A stretch of DNA of 64,000 nt, from positions 1,824,001-1,888,000 of the forward strand of contig CATQHZ020000001.1 of the NCBI GenBank assembly GCA_958296135.2. Reading direction: 5' to 3'. This DNA comes from an uncultured Poribacteria bacterium. Its GTDB lineage: Bacteria > Poribacteria > WGA-4E > WGA-3G. Below are positions 29,829 to 39,694 of the stretch, one piece after another. The stretch's first letter is position 1, and every line of letters starts with the position of its first letter. Made by a program: the position numbers and the translations under genes. The notes under the pieces were generated by a model that saw only the letters and a list, made by a program, of their open reading frames with translations, had not been told where the DNA came from and did not search any database.

Positions 29829-31232
29829 TTACTTTGCAACAATTACGGTGCCTGTTTTGAAACTTTCGCCTATCTGGAGTTGATAGACATACACGCCGCT
29901 TTCCACGATTTCGCCTGCTTCGTCCGTGCCATCCCAGCTGAGTTCCGTTTCGCCGAGTGGCGCGGTTAGCGTTTTCACAAGCATGCCATCAATGTTAAAA
30001 ATCAGCACCATGAATTCGCCTTGTAGCGTGCTGCTTGCCAGTGCGTCTGCAAGCGCGCGAGCCGGAAATATCACGCGGTTGAAGTCTTCGTTCGGCGAGA
30101 GCGGCGTGAACGGGTTCGGATAGGGTTCATCCAATATCCGCAGGATTTCTTGTAGGGGTGCAGAGCGGTTCTTAGCCTCGTCAATCGCTTCAATTGTGTA
30201 AACGAAACTGCCTACCTCTAACGGACGCACATCCACAAATTTATATGTGCCTATGGATGCCTCCACATCTCTATTAACCAGCGGACTGAGCGAAGCCGGT
30301 GACGAACCGAAGAAAAGCTGATACTGCATAACGTCGCGGCTGACGCTCGGTGTCCACGTGAGTTCAATGCCCTCGTTCAGCGCAACGATGTGAAATGTCG
30401 CAGGTGGCTGCGGGGCCGCGGTATCTTCCGAGACGTTCACCGTCTGAACAGCGGAACGTTCCGAACGGAGCTGCAGCGTTTTGTAAGACGCAATCTGATA
30501 GGTATGGCTTCCCGGGACAACGTTCACATCGCGATACGTGGTTGAGGACGCGTTTTCAACGTTGATAGGCGGTTCCCTATTTCCATCCCGATAGATGAGA
30601 TAGCCGTTGACATCCGGGTCTGTCGACTTTTGCCAGCGTAGCGTTACGTCGTTCTCGCCGTCTGCATCGGCCGCGGCGGTAAACCCGTTCACTGGTGCTG
30701 GCGGCACATTTGGAATCACTTGTAAGGTGAAATCGTCGTTGTTGAGTTTTCCATCTGCTTGCCCGGAGCGGATAAATTCGCCGATGGGGCCGTCTTGCAG
30801 ATTTCGGAGGCGCGCGCGGAACGTTGCCTCCAACCTCACAGTATTCGGGGTTCGACAGTCAAACCGGATGTCATAGACAGAATTCTGAAGATCGATGATG
30901 ACATCCGCGAGTTCAACGCGCAGCTGGTTACTCGATACCACGGCCCGCGCCACAATGCTGCTGCCATCGCGCGTGATGCCTTTAAAATCGGCCGAGCGTG
31001 TTAAGAAGCCGGGCGGCAACGCAATTTCAATCGTCTTAATTTCTTCACCCGGCTCCGCTAACGAACGATCGATGCTGAGCGTGACAAGGAGCGGCACGGT
31101 TGAACTCGCCGGCACAACGCCTTGAGTCTCCCCCTCAACGTTAATCTCACCGACAGATGTAACCGCGCCGTAACTGTTCACGGCAATGAGCAAATTACTG
31201 ATGAGTATCAACACGAAGTGTATCTTATCCAT
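29829..31232 (-). CDS. Secreted fibronectin type III protein with C-terminal FlgD-Ig/T9SS-like sorting domain
   Basis: Signal peptide; two FN3 units (PPAPV..LRWQKS.DPDVNGYLIYR; APQPP..LTWTPS...AIDEAKNRS); PYPNPFTP...IFNIDG..VKTL...WDGTDEAGEIVESGVYVYQL. Confidence 0.8.
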   Translation of the reverse strand: MDKIHFVLILISNLLIAVNSYGAVTSVGEINVEGETQGVVPASSTVPLLVTLSIDRSLAEPGEEIKTIEIALPPGFLTRSADFKGITRDGSSIVARAVVSSNQLRVELADVIIDLQNSVYDIRFDCRTPNTVRLEATFRARLRNLQDGPIGEFIRSGQADGKLNNDDFTLQVIPNVPPAPVNGFTAAADADGENDVTLRWQKSTDPDVNGYLIYRDGNREPPINVENASSTTYRDVNVVPGSHTYQIASYKTLQLRSERSAVQTVNVSEDTAAPQPPATFHIVALNEGIELTWTPSVSRDVMQYQLFFGSSPASLSPLVNRDVEASIGTYKFVDVRPLEVGSFVYTIEAIDEAKNRSAPLQEILRILDEPYPNPFTPLSPNEDFNRVIFPARALADALASSTLQGEFMVLIFNIDGMLVKTLTAPLGETELSWDGTDEAGEIVESGVYVYQLQIGESFKTGTVIVAK

Positions 31233-31300
31233 AATACCTCTTTTTGTCTTCCCTACCCAAAAACTTTCCATGCCCGTAGCGCGAGGCGTTTTCCTTTCGT

Positions 31301-32287
31301 TTAGAAGCGCAAATTGACTGAGAACCGCTGCGTTGTGTTGTCCCGGAAAACGCCGGTGAGCAGTTGGAATCCGTAGTCCAATTGCAAATGGGTAGCACTT
31401 ATCGGAATTTTCACACTGGTGCCGAGGGAGACAGTTGAGGCGGAATCCACGCCGGTTTTCACGCCATAGCCGCCACGTGCGGCGACATTTTTTCCCAACC
31501 AGACCTCGGCACCGACGCGGACCTGGGTTTCGCCATCGCGCAGCGCGATTTCAAACGTGGCTAGACTCGATTTCAATATGTTGCTCACGGTCGCGCCTTG
31601 CGCGCTCATCGCGGCAATGGACTCAAGCCGATACGCTGCCCCCGCCCGAATATTGCGAGGCACCGAATCGGTGAAGGCTTCGGAGATGCTCATGTCCGCC
31701 GGAACGAGATTTTCTGCGGCAACCCCGATGCTCAGCCCGGTGACAGGTTTGGTAATTATTCCCACGTCTACCGAAATCGCCGAGGCAGAAGTTTGCGTGA
31801 AATAGGCGTTCCCCGCGACAAATTCGTTCGTTTCATCAAAGGTAGTGCTGAAACGTTTCAAGTTAACTCCGATGGAAAATTGCTTGAGGAACGCCTTGCC
31901 GTAAGAAAACAGCAGCGTCTGTTCTCGATAAATCTCTGAATCCTCAGCCAATATGCCGATATTCGCGCCGATAGAACCGAGCATCCCGATGGGAATAACA
32001 CCGCTAAACGCGTTATAGGTGATGAGGCCGTTAAATCGCTGCTCGCGCGTTACGCCAACGTGGATTGCATCGATGTAACCCAACCCTGCGGCATTGTAGT
32101 TCGCGGCGTTGCTATCGTCGGCGAGTGCGACGAATGCCCCACCGAGCCCCAGCGGCCGCGCGCCCACGCCGATGTCGTTAAACGCCGCGAAACTGTTGCT
32201 GCACAGCATCAGCGTGAAAAAAACGAGCGCGATTTTTTTGTATGTCGCAATGCGTTCGGACAGCTGTGACTGTGCCAAAATGTTCAT
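31301..32287 (-). CDS. PorV/PorQ-like (UPF0164/FadL-type) outer-membrane beta-barrel
   Basis: AFNDIGVGARPLGLGGAFVALADDSNAANYNAAGL; alternating beta-strands; C-terminal ...SVNLRF. Confidence 0.8.
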   Translation of the reverse strand: MNILAQSQLSERIATYKKIALVFFTLMLCSNSFAAFNDIGVGARPLGLGGAFVALADDSNAANYNAAGLGYIDAIHVGVTREQRFNGLITYNAFSGVIPIGMLGSIGANIGILAEDSEIYREQTLLFSYGKAFLKQFSIGVNLKRFSTTFDETNEFVAGNAYFTQTSASAISVDVGIITKPVTGLSIGVAAENLVPADMSISEAFTDSVPRNIRAGAAYRLESIAAMSAQGATVSNILKSSLATFEIALRDGETQVRVGAEVWLGKNVAARGGYGVKTGVDSASTVSLGTSVKIPISATHLQLDYGFQLLTGVFRDNTTQRFSVNLRF

Positions 32288-32465
32288 TTTCCCAGGTCGC
32301 CTTGACGTTGTCAAGCCTTGCGTGTCAGAGAGAGTGTGTTTCAGCGTCATATTATTATTTTAGGAGAGGCGAGTGATGCTCGCGACACCCTTGGTGCTCC
32401 TTACTTTCGCAGAAGAAGTTCGGCCGGCGCTGTTTGCAACCGCGCTCCGATGTTGTTTCGCGCGC

Positions 32466-33107
32466 CTACGAAGCGCGCTTACCCCCAAACCCCGTCATTG
32501 GCACGAAATTGACAGCGGTAACCCTCGTCGTATCTGTCTCTCCCGCTATTTTCTGAATCAAAAGCAGGTGTTGCGCCGTATCGCCGACAGGAATAACCAT
32601 GCTTCCACCTTCGTCCAATTGATGAACGAGGCGTTGCGGGACTTTTTTCGGTGCCGCTGCAACAAGGACAGCATCGTAGGGCGCGTTTTCGTGCCAACCG
32701 AAATGCCCATCCCCGCGTTTGAAATGGATATTCTGATAGTTGAGTGCCAGTAGCCGCTCTCTCGCGCTTTCGGCAAGTTCAGGCAGAATCTCAACGGAGT
32801 AGACTTCGCCCGCCAATTCCGCCAAAACGGCGGTTTGGTAGCCGCACCCCGTTCCAATTTCAAGCACTTTTGACTCTGGCGTTAGCGCAAGCAACTCCGT
32901 CATCAATGCCACGATGTAAGGCTGCGAGATTGTCTGCCGACACGCAATCGGCAGGGGACTGTCCTGATACGCCAAGTTGACGTATTCCGGCTTGACGAAG
33001 AGGTGACGTTTCACCTTGCGCATGACAGCAAGCACCTGCGGGTTGCGGATATCGCGCTTCTCAAGTTGGTTTTGAACCATTTCGCGCTGGAGGGTTGAAT
33101 AGTCCAT
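32466..33107 (-). CDS. pcm: Protein-L-isoaspartate O-methyltransferase
   Basis: QTISQPYIVALM, VLEIGTGCGYQTAVLA, APYDAVLVAAA, GGSMVIPVG, FVPM. Confidence 0.96.
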   Translation of the reverse strand: MDYSTLQREMVQNQLEKRDIRNPQVLAVMRKVKRHLFVKPEYVNLAYQDSPLPIACRQTISQPYIVALMTELLALTPESKVLEIGTGCGYQTAVLAELAGEVYSVEILPELAESARERLLALNYQNIHFKRGDGHFGWHENAPYDAVLVAAAPKKVPQRLVHQLDEGGSMVIPVGDTAQHLLLIQKIAGETDTTRVTAVNFVPMTGFGGKRAS

Positions 33108-33119
33108 CGTGCTTACTCC

Positions 33120-35525
33120 CTAATCGCTCAGTGCTATCTGATAGGGCATCAACAAAAAAAGTCTGTGCCTCAGGATTTCGCGATACGCGCTCAGCACACC
33201 GCTGTCCACAAAAGGGCGCGGTGCTAAAAGCAGCCGATAGTTGCTAACAAGTTGCGACATCCATGTCTGTTTTGGAAACCGGACAATTTCCACACCCTTT
33301 TTCTCTAACCCCGCCTTTTCCTTGGCGATAGCGAGGGCGCGGCTTAACCCGCCGAGTTCATCAACAAGTCCTTTCTCCTGCGCCTGCTTTCCTGTCCAAA
33401 TGCGCCCGCGGCCGAGGTTGTCTACCTCTGCCTTTGTCAACCCGGGCCGCCCGATGGCGACTTTCGTGATAAAATCGTCGTAAATCTCTGCAATCTGTTT
33501 GTGGACGATTGCCTGTTCCGCGGGTGGATAGTCGCCGTAATCGGAATAAAAATCAGCATGCTTGCCGCGTTTCAGGATGTCCTTCCGGATGCCGAATTTC
33601 TCGTAAAGTCCCTTGAAACTATACTTGCCGCCGATAACGCCAATAGAACCGGTAATGGTGCCGGGTTCAGCGACGATGACATCCGCGGGCGCAGCAATGT
33701 AATAGCCGCCCGATGCCGCCACTCCTGCCATTGAAACGACTAGCGGTTTGTCTGCAGCAAGCAGCACGAGTTCACGCCATAAAATGTTTGCAGCGACGAC
33801 AAGTCCACCGCCGCTGTCAATCCGCAACACGACTGCCTTTATTGATTCGTCTCCACGAACATCGCGAATTGCGCGGGCGATTGTGTCGGAGCCCATCACC
33901 TGCGTGCCCATAAGCGGATCGGTGAAGCTACTCCCCGTCATCATCAATCCCTCTGCCTCAATAATCGCAATCTTCGGCAGTGGTACCTGCCAATTGTGCA
34001 CGTAAAGCCCACTCTTCGCGTATTCGCCAAGGGTTATCAAATCCACTCGGGCAGGCGCGCTTTGGAAGCGCGCGTCCATCACTTGGGTTACAACATCCGG
34101 CAGTTCGTCTTCATAGACGAGCCTGTCTACCAATTCGGCGTTGAGCGCGCCTTGCGCGGTGTAAGGCCCTCCATCAATCAGGTTTTTGACGGTTTCCGAT
34201 GTCCACCCGCGGTTTGTGCCACGGTTTGTAACTATCGCCGTTACCAGCTGTTCATAGAGCTCATCAAGGATGATATTCTGGACTTCGCGGTGCGCTTCCG
34301 ACATCTTGTGCCGCGTGAACGTTTCCGCCGCCGATTTATATTTTCCGATATGTTCAATGTCGGCTCGGATGCCGAGTTTATCCAACGCGCCTTTGTAAAA
34401 CGAACGCTCCGCGCGCAGTCCGATGAGCCGCACCTCCGCAGAAGGGTGCATCAGCATCGCATCACATGCGGAGGCGACGATGTAATCCCCAGTGGAACAG
34501 TTGGAGAGATAACTGATGACGACACGGCCGGATGCCTTGAAATCGGTGATAGCATCGCGCATCTCTTGGAGTTTCCCAAGGCCGTAGCCGCTGCCATTGA
34601 TACGGATGAGCACCCCTGCAACATCCTTATCCCACTTCGCGATGCGCAGCGTCTGCTCCAACGAACCCATGGACAAGTCTATAAACTTACGCCGACGGCG
34701 AAGCGGCTTCGTCTTCGGCGCGCTAGAAAATTGGAAATAACCAACACCGGTTTGCGCACTGTCCCCATCAAAACGGTTGTCAGTCCCCAAACCCCAATTC
34801 CCGATATTGATGCCGAAACGGATATCAAAACTGCTATCGCTGTTCAGCGTGCCGCGGAGCATCAGTTCACGAATAGGACGCAACTCAAGCGCGTATTGAA
34901 AATCAATACCACTGATGCCCTGTGTTTTCTGCATATCAACGGAGAGTGTCGCCCGCCATGTGCCGGGGCGCAGCGCGACACCTACGTCATAAGTGCGCCC
35001 CAACTTTTCTCCTAACAACTCCGGACGGTTCAGATCTCGGGCCATTGCACCGATTGAAAAATAGCGGCGACGATACATCAATCCCAACGAAACCGACCGG
35101 AATTTGTCGTAGCCGCTCTCATCGGAATTCATCCAACTGTAACTACTGCCCCAGTAAAGCGAGCTCCCTAAATGCCGCCCAGTGGAGAGGCTATACCTTG
35201 TGAAGTCAATCTCATCGGCAGCCGTTGCGAATTCCATGCTGAATCCCGCGCCCGGCGCGGCGACGAAAAAAGCGTCATCACCAATTTGAGACTCGCTCTG
35301 GTATGTCCGCAGGTAATAGAGATTCAGCGCGCGCCCGGCACCTAATCCTGCCGGATTGAAAAACGTCGCCAAGGCATCGTCACTCACGGCGACAGAACTA
35401 GCCGGCAAGTGGGTGCGTGCCTTTGGCGGCGCGGCCGCCGCGATTCCTGCAAACAGCACAGCCCAAACGCAGGCAACCCAAAGACAGCGTTTGCGAGCAG
35501 AACGTAAAACCATAAACAGCACCAA
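33120..35525 (-). CDS. sppA: Signal peptide peptidase SppA (S49, two-domain) with an N-terminal beta-barrel-like extension
   Basis: KAVVLRIDSGGG, VVSMAGVAASGGYYIA, TITGSIGV, GRIWTG, LVDELGG, GKYKSA. The N-terminal ~270 aa contain DDALATFFNPAGL and amphipathic strands. Confidence 0.88.
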   Translation of the reverse strand: MVLFMVLRSARKRCLWVACVWAVLFAGIAAAAPPKARTHLPASSVAVSDDALATFFNPAGLGAGRALNLYYLRTYQSESQIGDDAFFVAAPGAGFSMEFATAADEIDFTRYSLSTGRHLGSSLYWGSSYSWMNSDESGYDKFRSVSLGLMYRRRYFSIGAMARDLNRPELLGEKLGRTYDVGVALRPGTWRATLSVDMQKTQGISGIDFQYALELRPIRELMLRGTLNSDSSFDIRFGINIGNWGLGTDNRFDGDSAQTGVGYFQFSSAPKTKPLRRRRKFIDLSMGSLEQTLRIAKWDKDVAGVLIRINGSGYGLGKLQEMRDAITDFKASGRVVISYLSNCSTGDYIVASACDAMLMHPSAEVRLIGLRAERSFYKGALDKLGIRADIEHIGKYKSAAETFTRHKMSEAHREVQNIILDELYEQLVTAIVTNRGTNRGWTSETVKNLIDGGPYTAQGALNAELVDRLVYEDELPDVVTQVMDARFQSAPARVDLITLGEYAKSGLYVHNWQVPLPKIAIIEAEGLMMTGSSFTDPLMGTQVMGSDTIARAIRDVRGDESIKAVVLRIDSGGGLVVAANILWRELVLLAADKPLVVSMAGVAASGGYYIAAPADVIVAEPGTITGSIGVIGGKYSFKGLYEKFGIRKDILKRGKHADFYSDYGDYPPAEQAIVHKQIAEIYDDFITKVAIGRPGLTKAEVDNLGRGRIWTGKQAQEKGLVDELGGLSRALAIAKEKAGLEKKGVEIVRFPKQTWMSQLVSNYRLLLAPRPFVDSGVLSAYREILRHRLFLLMPYQIALSD

Positions 35526-35553
35526 GACAAAGCGTCAAAAGAGATACATATCT

Positions 35554-35582
35554 ATTATACCACAAAACGGCGGAAATTGCAA
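35554..35582 (-). promoter_or_regulatory. sigma70-type promoter for sppA-pcm
   Basis: TTGCAA-17-TATAAT upstream of 35525. Confidence 0.6.
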
Positions 35583-35619
35583 CAAAAATGCGACATTTTA
35601 CCAGAGTGATTCAGTTCTT

Positions 35620-35722
35620 CCCCTCTGTGTTGAGAGTGTTGTCGGCGCGCCCTCCCGGTCTCGATGTGTTTCTCCTCTGTGTTGAAGCACCGTAGGAGAG
35701 CCCTCCCGGTCTTGATGTGTTC
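35620..35722 (+). repeat. Two tandem copies of REP-like family E (GTAGGAGAGCCCTCCCGGTCT(C/T)GAT)
   Basis: GCCCTCCCGGTCT(C/T)GATGTGTT within copies at 35641-35670 and 35692-35721; CCTCTGTGTTGA also occurs twice. Confidence 0.7.
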
Positions 35723-35762
35723 CATAGGAAGACGAATCAACTTACAGGGCGCGGCGGAGAAC

Positions 35763-38186
35763 TCAAAATTCCACTGTCAGCCCGAGATACGGGATGATGG
35801 GAAATTGCCTTGTCTCTTCCACGCTGCCATCGGCAGGATTTGTAAATCGCATGACATTTCGCCGATTATAGGCGTTCAAAATTTCCAGGAACCCGCCTAT
35901 CTTCCAACCGTCAAAATCCCATTTTTTGCTTATCCGCACGTCCAACCGGTGGTAGGGTGGCAGCTCAATTAACGCGTCATCTTCAGTTTCAAAGGGTAGT
36001 TGGCGCATCCCGCGCGTAACCTGATCTTGAATTAAGAAAATCTCGCTCACGGGGACACCGGACGTGCCGCTGGAATACTGCCACTTCGCCCCCACCTCAA
36101 ATGTCGGCGAGAAATTGTAACTCGCGACGACACTGACAACGTTCGTGTTATCAAAGAGGTAGGGGGCATACTCAGCATCAGGATGGGTGCGGCGTTCCGC
36201 ATGCGTCCAAGCATACGAAATCCAACCGAAAAATTTATCGGTAATACGGTGCCGCAGGAACATCTCCGCGCCACCGACATACCCCACACCCTGATTGAGA
36301 TACCCTTCTGCTTCATCCGGCGTTACCAAATTTGCCTGCGTTTTGTAATAGCCCGCCAACTTAAGTTCAGTTTGAGACGTGAGCTCCTGCTCCAATTCCA
36401 CGATGTAGTGGCTGGTGACGCTTGAGGTTAACGCCGGATTTCCGTCTTCGGCAAGCATTTGATACGGTTTTGGGCTTTGTTCATACCGTCCGTAAGCGAG
36501 ACGCAGGTCAGCACCGCTCGGCATTTTGAGTGCAAGACTGGCCCGCGGCTGCACCGAGATTTCGTCTGTCATGTTGAGGTAATCTAGCCGAACGCCTAGT
36601 GCCGCCGATAGAAACGGAAACGGCTCATATCGCGTTTGGAGGTAACCTTCGGCACGGCGGAACTGTTTGTTGAATTCTTCGCGAGTTTCCTCGGTCCGCG
36701 TCTCCTGCAAAAAAGTCCCCTCGCTGCCATCGGAATCGTTTCTATAGACAATTGCCTCGTCTCCATCCGCCTGAGCCTCTTCAAGCACTTCAGTCAGATC
36801 TTCACCTTCTGTCACTTCCGTTGCCTCGGAGACTGGCAGATTGGTGTAAGAAAAGCTGGTCGCGGGGCTGATGGAAAAAAGAAACCCTGGTTCAAACTGA
36901 AGCGTCGGTGTGATTTTGTATGACACGTCTTCGCGCAGCATGTAAACGGGAACGTTCACTTGAATGTCATAGTGCGAATACTCAGTGGATGCCACTTCCC
37001 ACTCACCATCTGGGCCCTGTTCAAAACGTTCGCTTGTCAGCAAATCAAAGTCAACGTTGAGAAAATTGTGGGAACGCGTGAGAGAGAGGTGTGAGGTGAG
37101 TTTTTCCGTGAAATGTGAACGGAGATGTATCCCTTGTGCCTCAAACCCGTTTTTGAAATAGGCAGAAGAAGGTGAACTTTCAACGCCTTCAGGGCGCGTG
37201 TCTTCAATGTCTGGGCCATCGGCAATTTCAAATTCAAAATGATCGGTTGCACCAAAGGCGTTGAGCGTCAGATGATGCTTCTCCGCCAAATCGTGGGCAT
37301 ACTTGAATTGATAATCTGAAAAGTAGGGCAACACGTTATTTCCCTCTATGAACGGACCGATGACGAGGTCGAGGTAACTCCGCCGTCCTGCCACGTGCAC
37401 ATATCCGTTCTCGCCGATTTTCCCCTCCAGCAATCCCTCCGAATAGAGGATATTCAGGTTAAAGGTGCCGCTCAACGTCTCATCTTCCAGTCTATCTCGC
37501 GAACGGATGTCAATCACCGTTTGCGCATCCAACCCGAATTCCGCGCCGTAGCCGCCAGCGTAGATGTGGATGTCGTCAATAATTTCCGAGCTGATAGTTG
37601 AGACAATCCCGCCGTAGTGGAACGGATAGCCCATCGGTGTCCGGTCGAAATAGATGAGATTGTCTCCGGGCGCGCTCCCACGGATATAGAGCGTGCCGAA
37701 GAAATCGTTCGGAATACCGATGCTCGGCAGCGTCATGAGGCCTTTGAGCGCATCGCCGCCGGTGCCGGGGAGGCGGAGCAATTCACTGCCACGAATCTCC
37801 TGACGACTGACAGTAGGAGGCACGCGCTCGCCTTCGACGATAACCTTCTCAAGTTCAAAGATTTCGCCGAGGTAGATTTTCACCTGCGTCGTATCACCTG
37901 CACGCACCTCAAGTTTGCTTTCCAGTGCAGTGCTATAGGCGGGATGCGAGACAGATAGCGTGTAGGTGCCCGGTGCAACCCCGATAAACCAAAACGTCCC
38001 ATCTGCCGCGGTGGTTTGGTGTTCGTCGGTTTCAAGCAGATGCACATCGGCATCGGCTAACGGTGCCCCGGTAATCTGTTCGACAATGGTGCCCTGAATC
38101 GTCCCAGTTGCAGCCGGTTCCGATTGGGCGAAGGCGGCTACTGGCAAGGTGAACACCAGCAGCAGCGAGAGAAAACGTTTTTTCAT
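35763..38186 (-). CDS. TonB-dependent receptor with carboxypeptidase-regulatory-like N-terminal domain
   Basis: Signal peptide; GTIQGTIVE; plug region YIRGSAPGDN...HYGG; barrel ending LPPYHRLD...NAYNRRN...PYLGLTVEF. Confidence 0.9.
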   Translation of the reverse strand: MKKRFLSLLLVFTLPVAAFAQSEPAATGTIQGTIVEQITGAPLADADVHLLETDEHQTTAADGTFWFIGVAPGTYTLSVSHPAYSTALESKLEVRAGDTTQVKIYLGEIFELEKVIVEGERVPPTVSRQEIRGSELLRLPGTGGDALKGLMTLPSIGIPNDFFGTLYIRGSAPGDNLIYFDRTPMGYPFHYGGIVSTISSEIIDDIHIYAGGYGAEFGLDAQTVIDIRSRDRLEDETLSGTFNLNILYSEGLLEGKIGENGYVHVAGRRSYLDLVIGPFIEGNNVLPYFSDYQFKYAHDLAEKHHLTLNAFGATDHFEFEIADGPDIEDTRPEGVESSPSSAYFKNGFEAQGIHLRSHFTEKLTSHLSLTRSHNFLNVDFDLLTSERFEQGPDGEWEVASTEYSHYDIQVNVPVYMLREDVSYKITPTLQFEPGFLFSISPATSFSYTNLPVSEATEVTEGEDLTEVLEEAQADGDEAIVYRNDSDGSEGTFLQETRTEETREEFNKQFRRAEGYLQTRYEPFPFLSAALGVRLDYLNMTDEISVQPRASLALKMPSGADLRLAYGRYEQSPKPYQMLAEDGNPALTSSVTSHYIVELEQELTSQTELKLAGYYKTQANLVTPDEAEGYLNQGVGYVGGAEMFLRHRITDKFFGWISYAWTHAERRTHPDAEYAPYLFDNTNVVSVVASYNFSPTFEVGAKWQYSSGTSGVPVSEIFLIQDQVTRGMRQLPFETEDDALIELPPYHRLDVRISKKWDFDGWKIGGFLEILNAYNRRNVMRFTNPADGSVEETRQFPIIPYLGLTVEF

Positions 38187-38245
38187 AAGGAGCACTCCTT
38201 TGGTGCGTAGAAAGCCGCATCTGCTCCAGTTACGGCGGTTGCGCG

Positions 38246-38656
38246 CTATCCGGATATCTCATACACGACAATCTGAGATGTTTCATAAGTTCCATCGGAT
38301 ACCGTGACAGTGATTGTAGACTTCGCAGGAAACTGCGCGGGCGCAGTAAACACGACTCGCAGTCCGGTTGTGGTGTCGATGCTGCCATCACCACTCAGCA
38401 TCCATTCGTAAGTGAGCGGATCGTTGTCTGCATCAATGGCGGTTACCTCAAGCGTATAAGTCTCGCCGGGTGAAATCCGATCAGGTGCCGTGAAATTGGT
38501 GATTTCCGGCGGCTCGCCAACTAACGTACGACAACCTAAAATCACCGCCAAGACAGCAACCCACCCGAGACAGTATAATACCAAATTAACCTGAGTCGTT
38601 CGGGTCAACTTAATTTGGTATAACTTGTGCCCTGTCAGCATTTTCTTAAAATTCAT
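38246..38656 (-). CDS. Putative lipoprotein with Ig-like/PKD domain
   Basis: Hydrophobic stretch + ILGC lipobox; PPEIT..AIDADNDPLTYEW...TVTVSDG. Confidence 0.65.
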   Translation of the reverse strand: MNFKKMLTGHKLYQIKLTRTTQVNLVLYCLGWVAVLAVILGCRTLVGEPPEITNFTAPDRISPGETYTLEVTAIDADNDPLTYEWMLSGDGSIDTTTGLRVVFTAPAQFPAKSTITVTVSDGTYETSQIVVYEISG

Positions 38657-38766
38657 ACGTTCCTCCTGAGAAAAACGGGTTAAAGGATGGTGTTCGCGAA
38701 CCTCCGCAGTACCTGCCATACCCGAACTGCGGGTAGGGGCGTGGAAAGGCATATGCCCACACGTAG

Positions 38767-39582
38767 TTAAGAACGCCGTGCATACTGCGGAAACAGCTCA
38801 TCATGAATATCGCTACATTGCCGGAGGTGAATCCACCGCGCCTTGTCGGCAGTGTCAACCATAGTTGGGAAGAACATGCCTGCGCCGGTTTCGATTTGAT
38901 ACCCGCCAGCCGAATGGACGCTCAAATACTGATGCAGTGTCTCTAAATCCGGCTCCGTAGTGCAATGCTGCGTGCAATTCATCGTGAACATCCGCCGGCG
39001 CGTGCCGCCGCCAAACGCGGCATGGTACGTATCATGATTGAATATCATGACATCACCAGGGGTGCTCTCCAACGCGATGCTAGTGGGGAAATCACGAGGC
39101 GGAATGCCAAAGAGTGCTGCCGACTGATTCGGATCGAGTTTCTGGGCGCGCACGAAGTGCGCGGGGTTCTGGCTGCCCGGAATGATGCGCAAACACCCCG
39201 TGGCGCGCGTCAGCGGCTCGAGGTAAAACGCGACTTTACACGCGAAGAGGCGGCCCCAGTTTCCATCAGGATGCCAACCTGTATCGCCGGTGTAGTAGTT
39301 TCCATCGCCGCCTGCGTAGTTAAAATCCGCGCCGAGCACCCCGCCGATGAGCCCTTTGAGGCGTTCATCATCCAGCAGCGTGCAGAGCCGGGGGCGATGC
39401 TCAATCGGACCGCCGAACATCGTGCGGTGTGTGCCATCATGCGCTTTACCACCCCCGAATTCCTGAATGGAGCACTCAAACTCTTCCGTGATCCATTCTA
39501 TCTCGCTCGGAGAAAACATCCCCGGTATCGCGAGATAGCCGAAAGTGTTAAAGAAATTGATTTGGTGTTCGGTCAGTTTCAT
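38767..39582 (-). CDS. Phytanoyl-CoA dioxygenase (PhyH)-family 2OG-Fe(II) oxygenase
   Basis: LTEHQINFFNTFGYL, WHPD, GCLRIIPGSQ, PGDVMIFNHDTYH. Confidence 0.9.
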   Translation of the reverse strand: MKLTEHQINFFNTFGYLAIPGMFSPSEIEWITEEFECSIQEFGGGKAHDGTHRTMFGGPIEHRPRLCTLLDDERLKGLIGGVLGADFNYAGGDGNYYTGDTGWHPDGNWGRLFACKVAFYLEPLTRATGCLRIIPGSQNPAHFVRAQKLDPNQSAALFGIPPRDFPTSIALESTPGDVMIFNHDTYHAAFGGGTRRRMFTMNCTQHCTTEPDLETLHQYLSVHSAGGYQIETGAGMFFPTMVDTADKARWIHLRQCSDIHDELFPQYARRS

Positions 39583-39694
39583 GGTGCAACCTCCTGTGTT
39601 CCTATGAATCGTCTCGCGTCTGTAGGGAAACCTGCTCGCTCAAGCTTGACTTGTTCGGGGCGGGCAAGCCTGCACTCCAGAGGAAAATTGCGTA

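Noticed and set aside
35620-35722. CRISPR array (also considered for 9158-9245 and 43093-43252)
   Set aside because: Only two repeat units at each site, no regular unique spacers, and no cas genes in the window.
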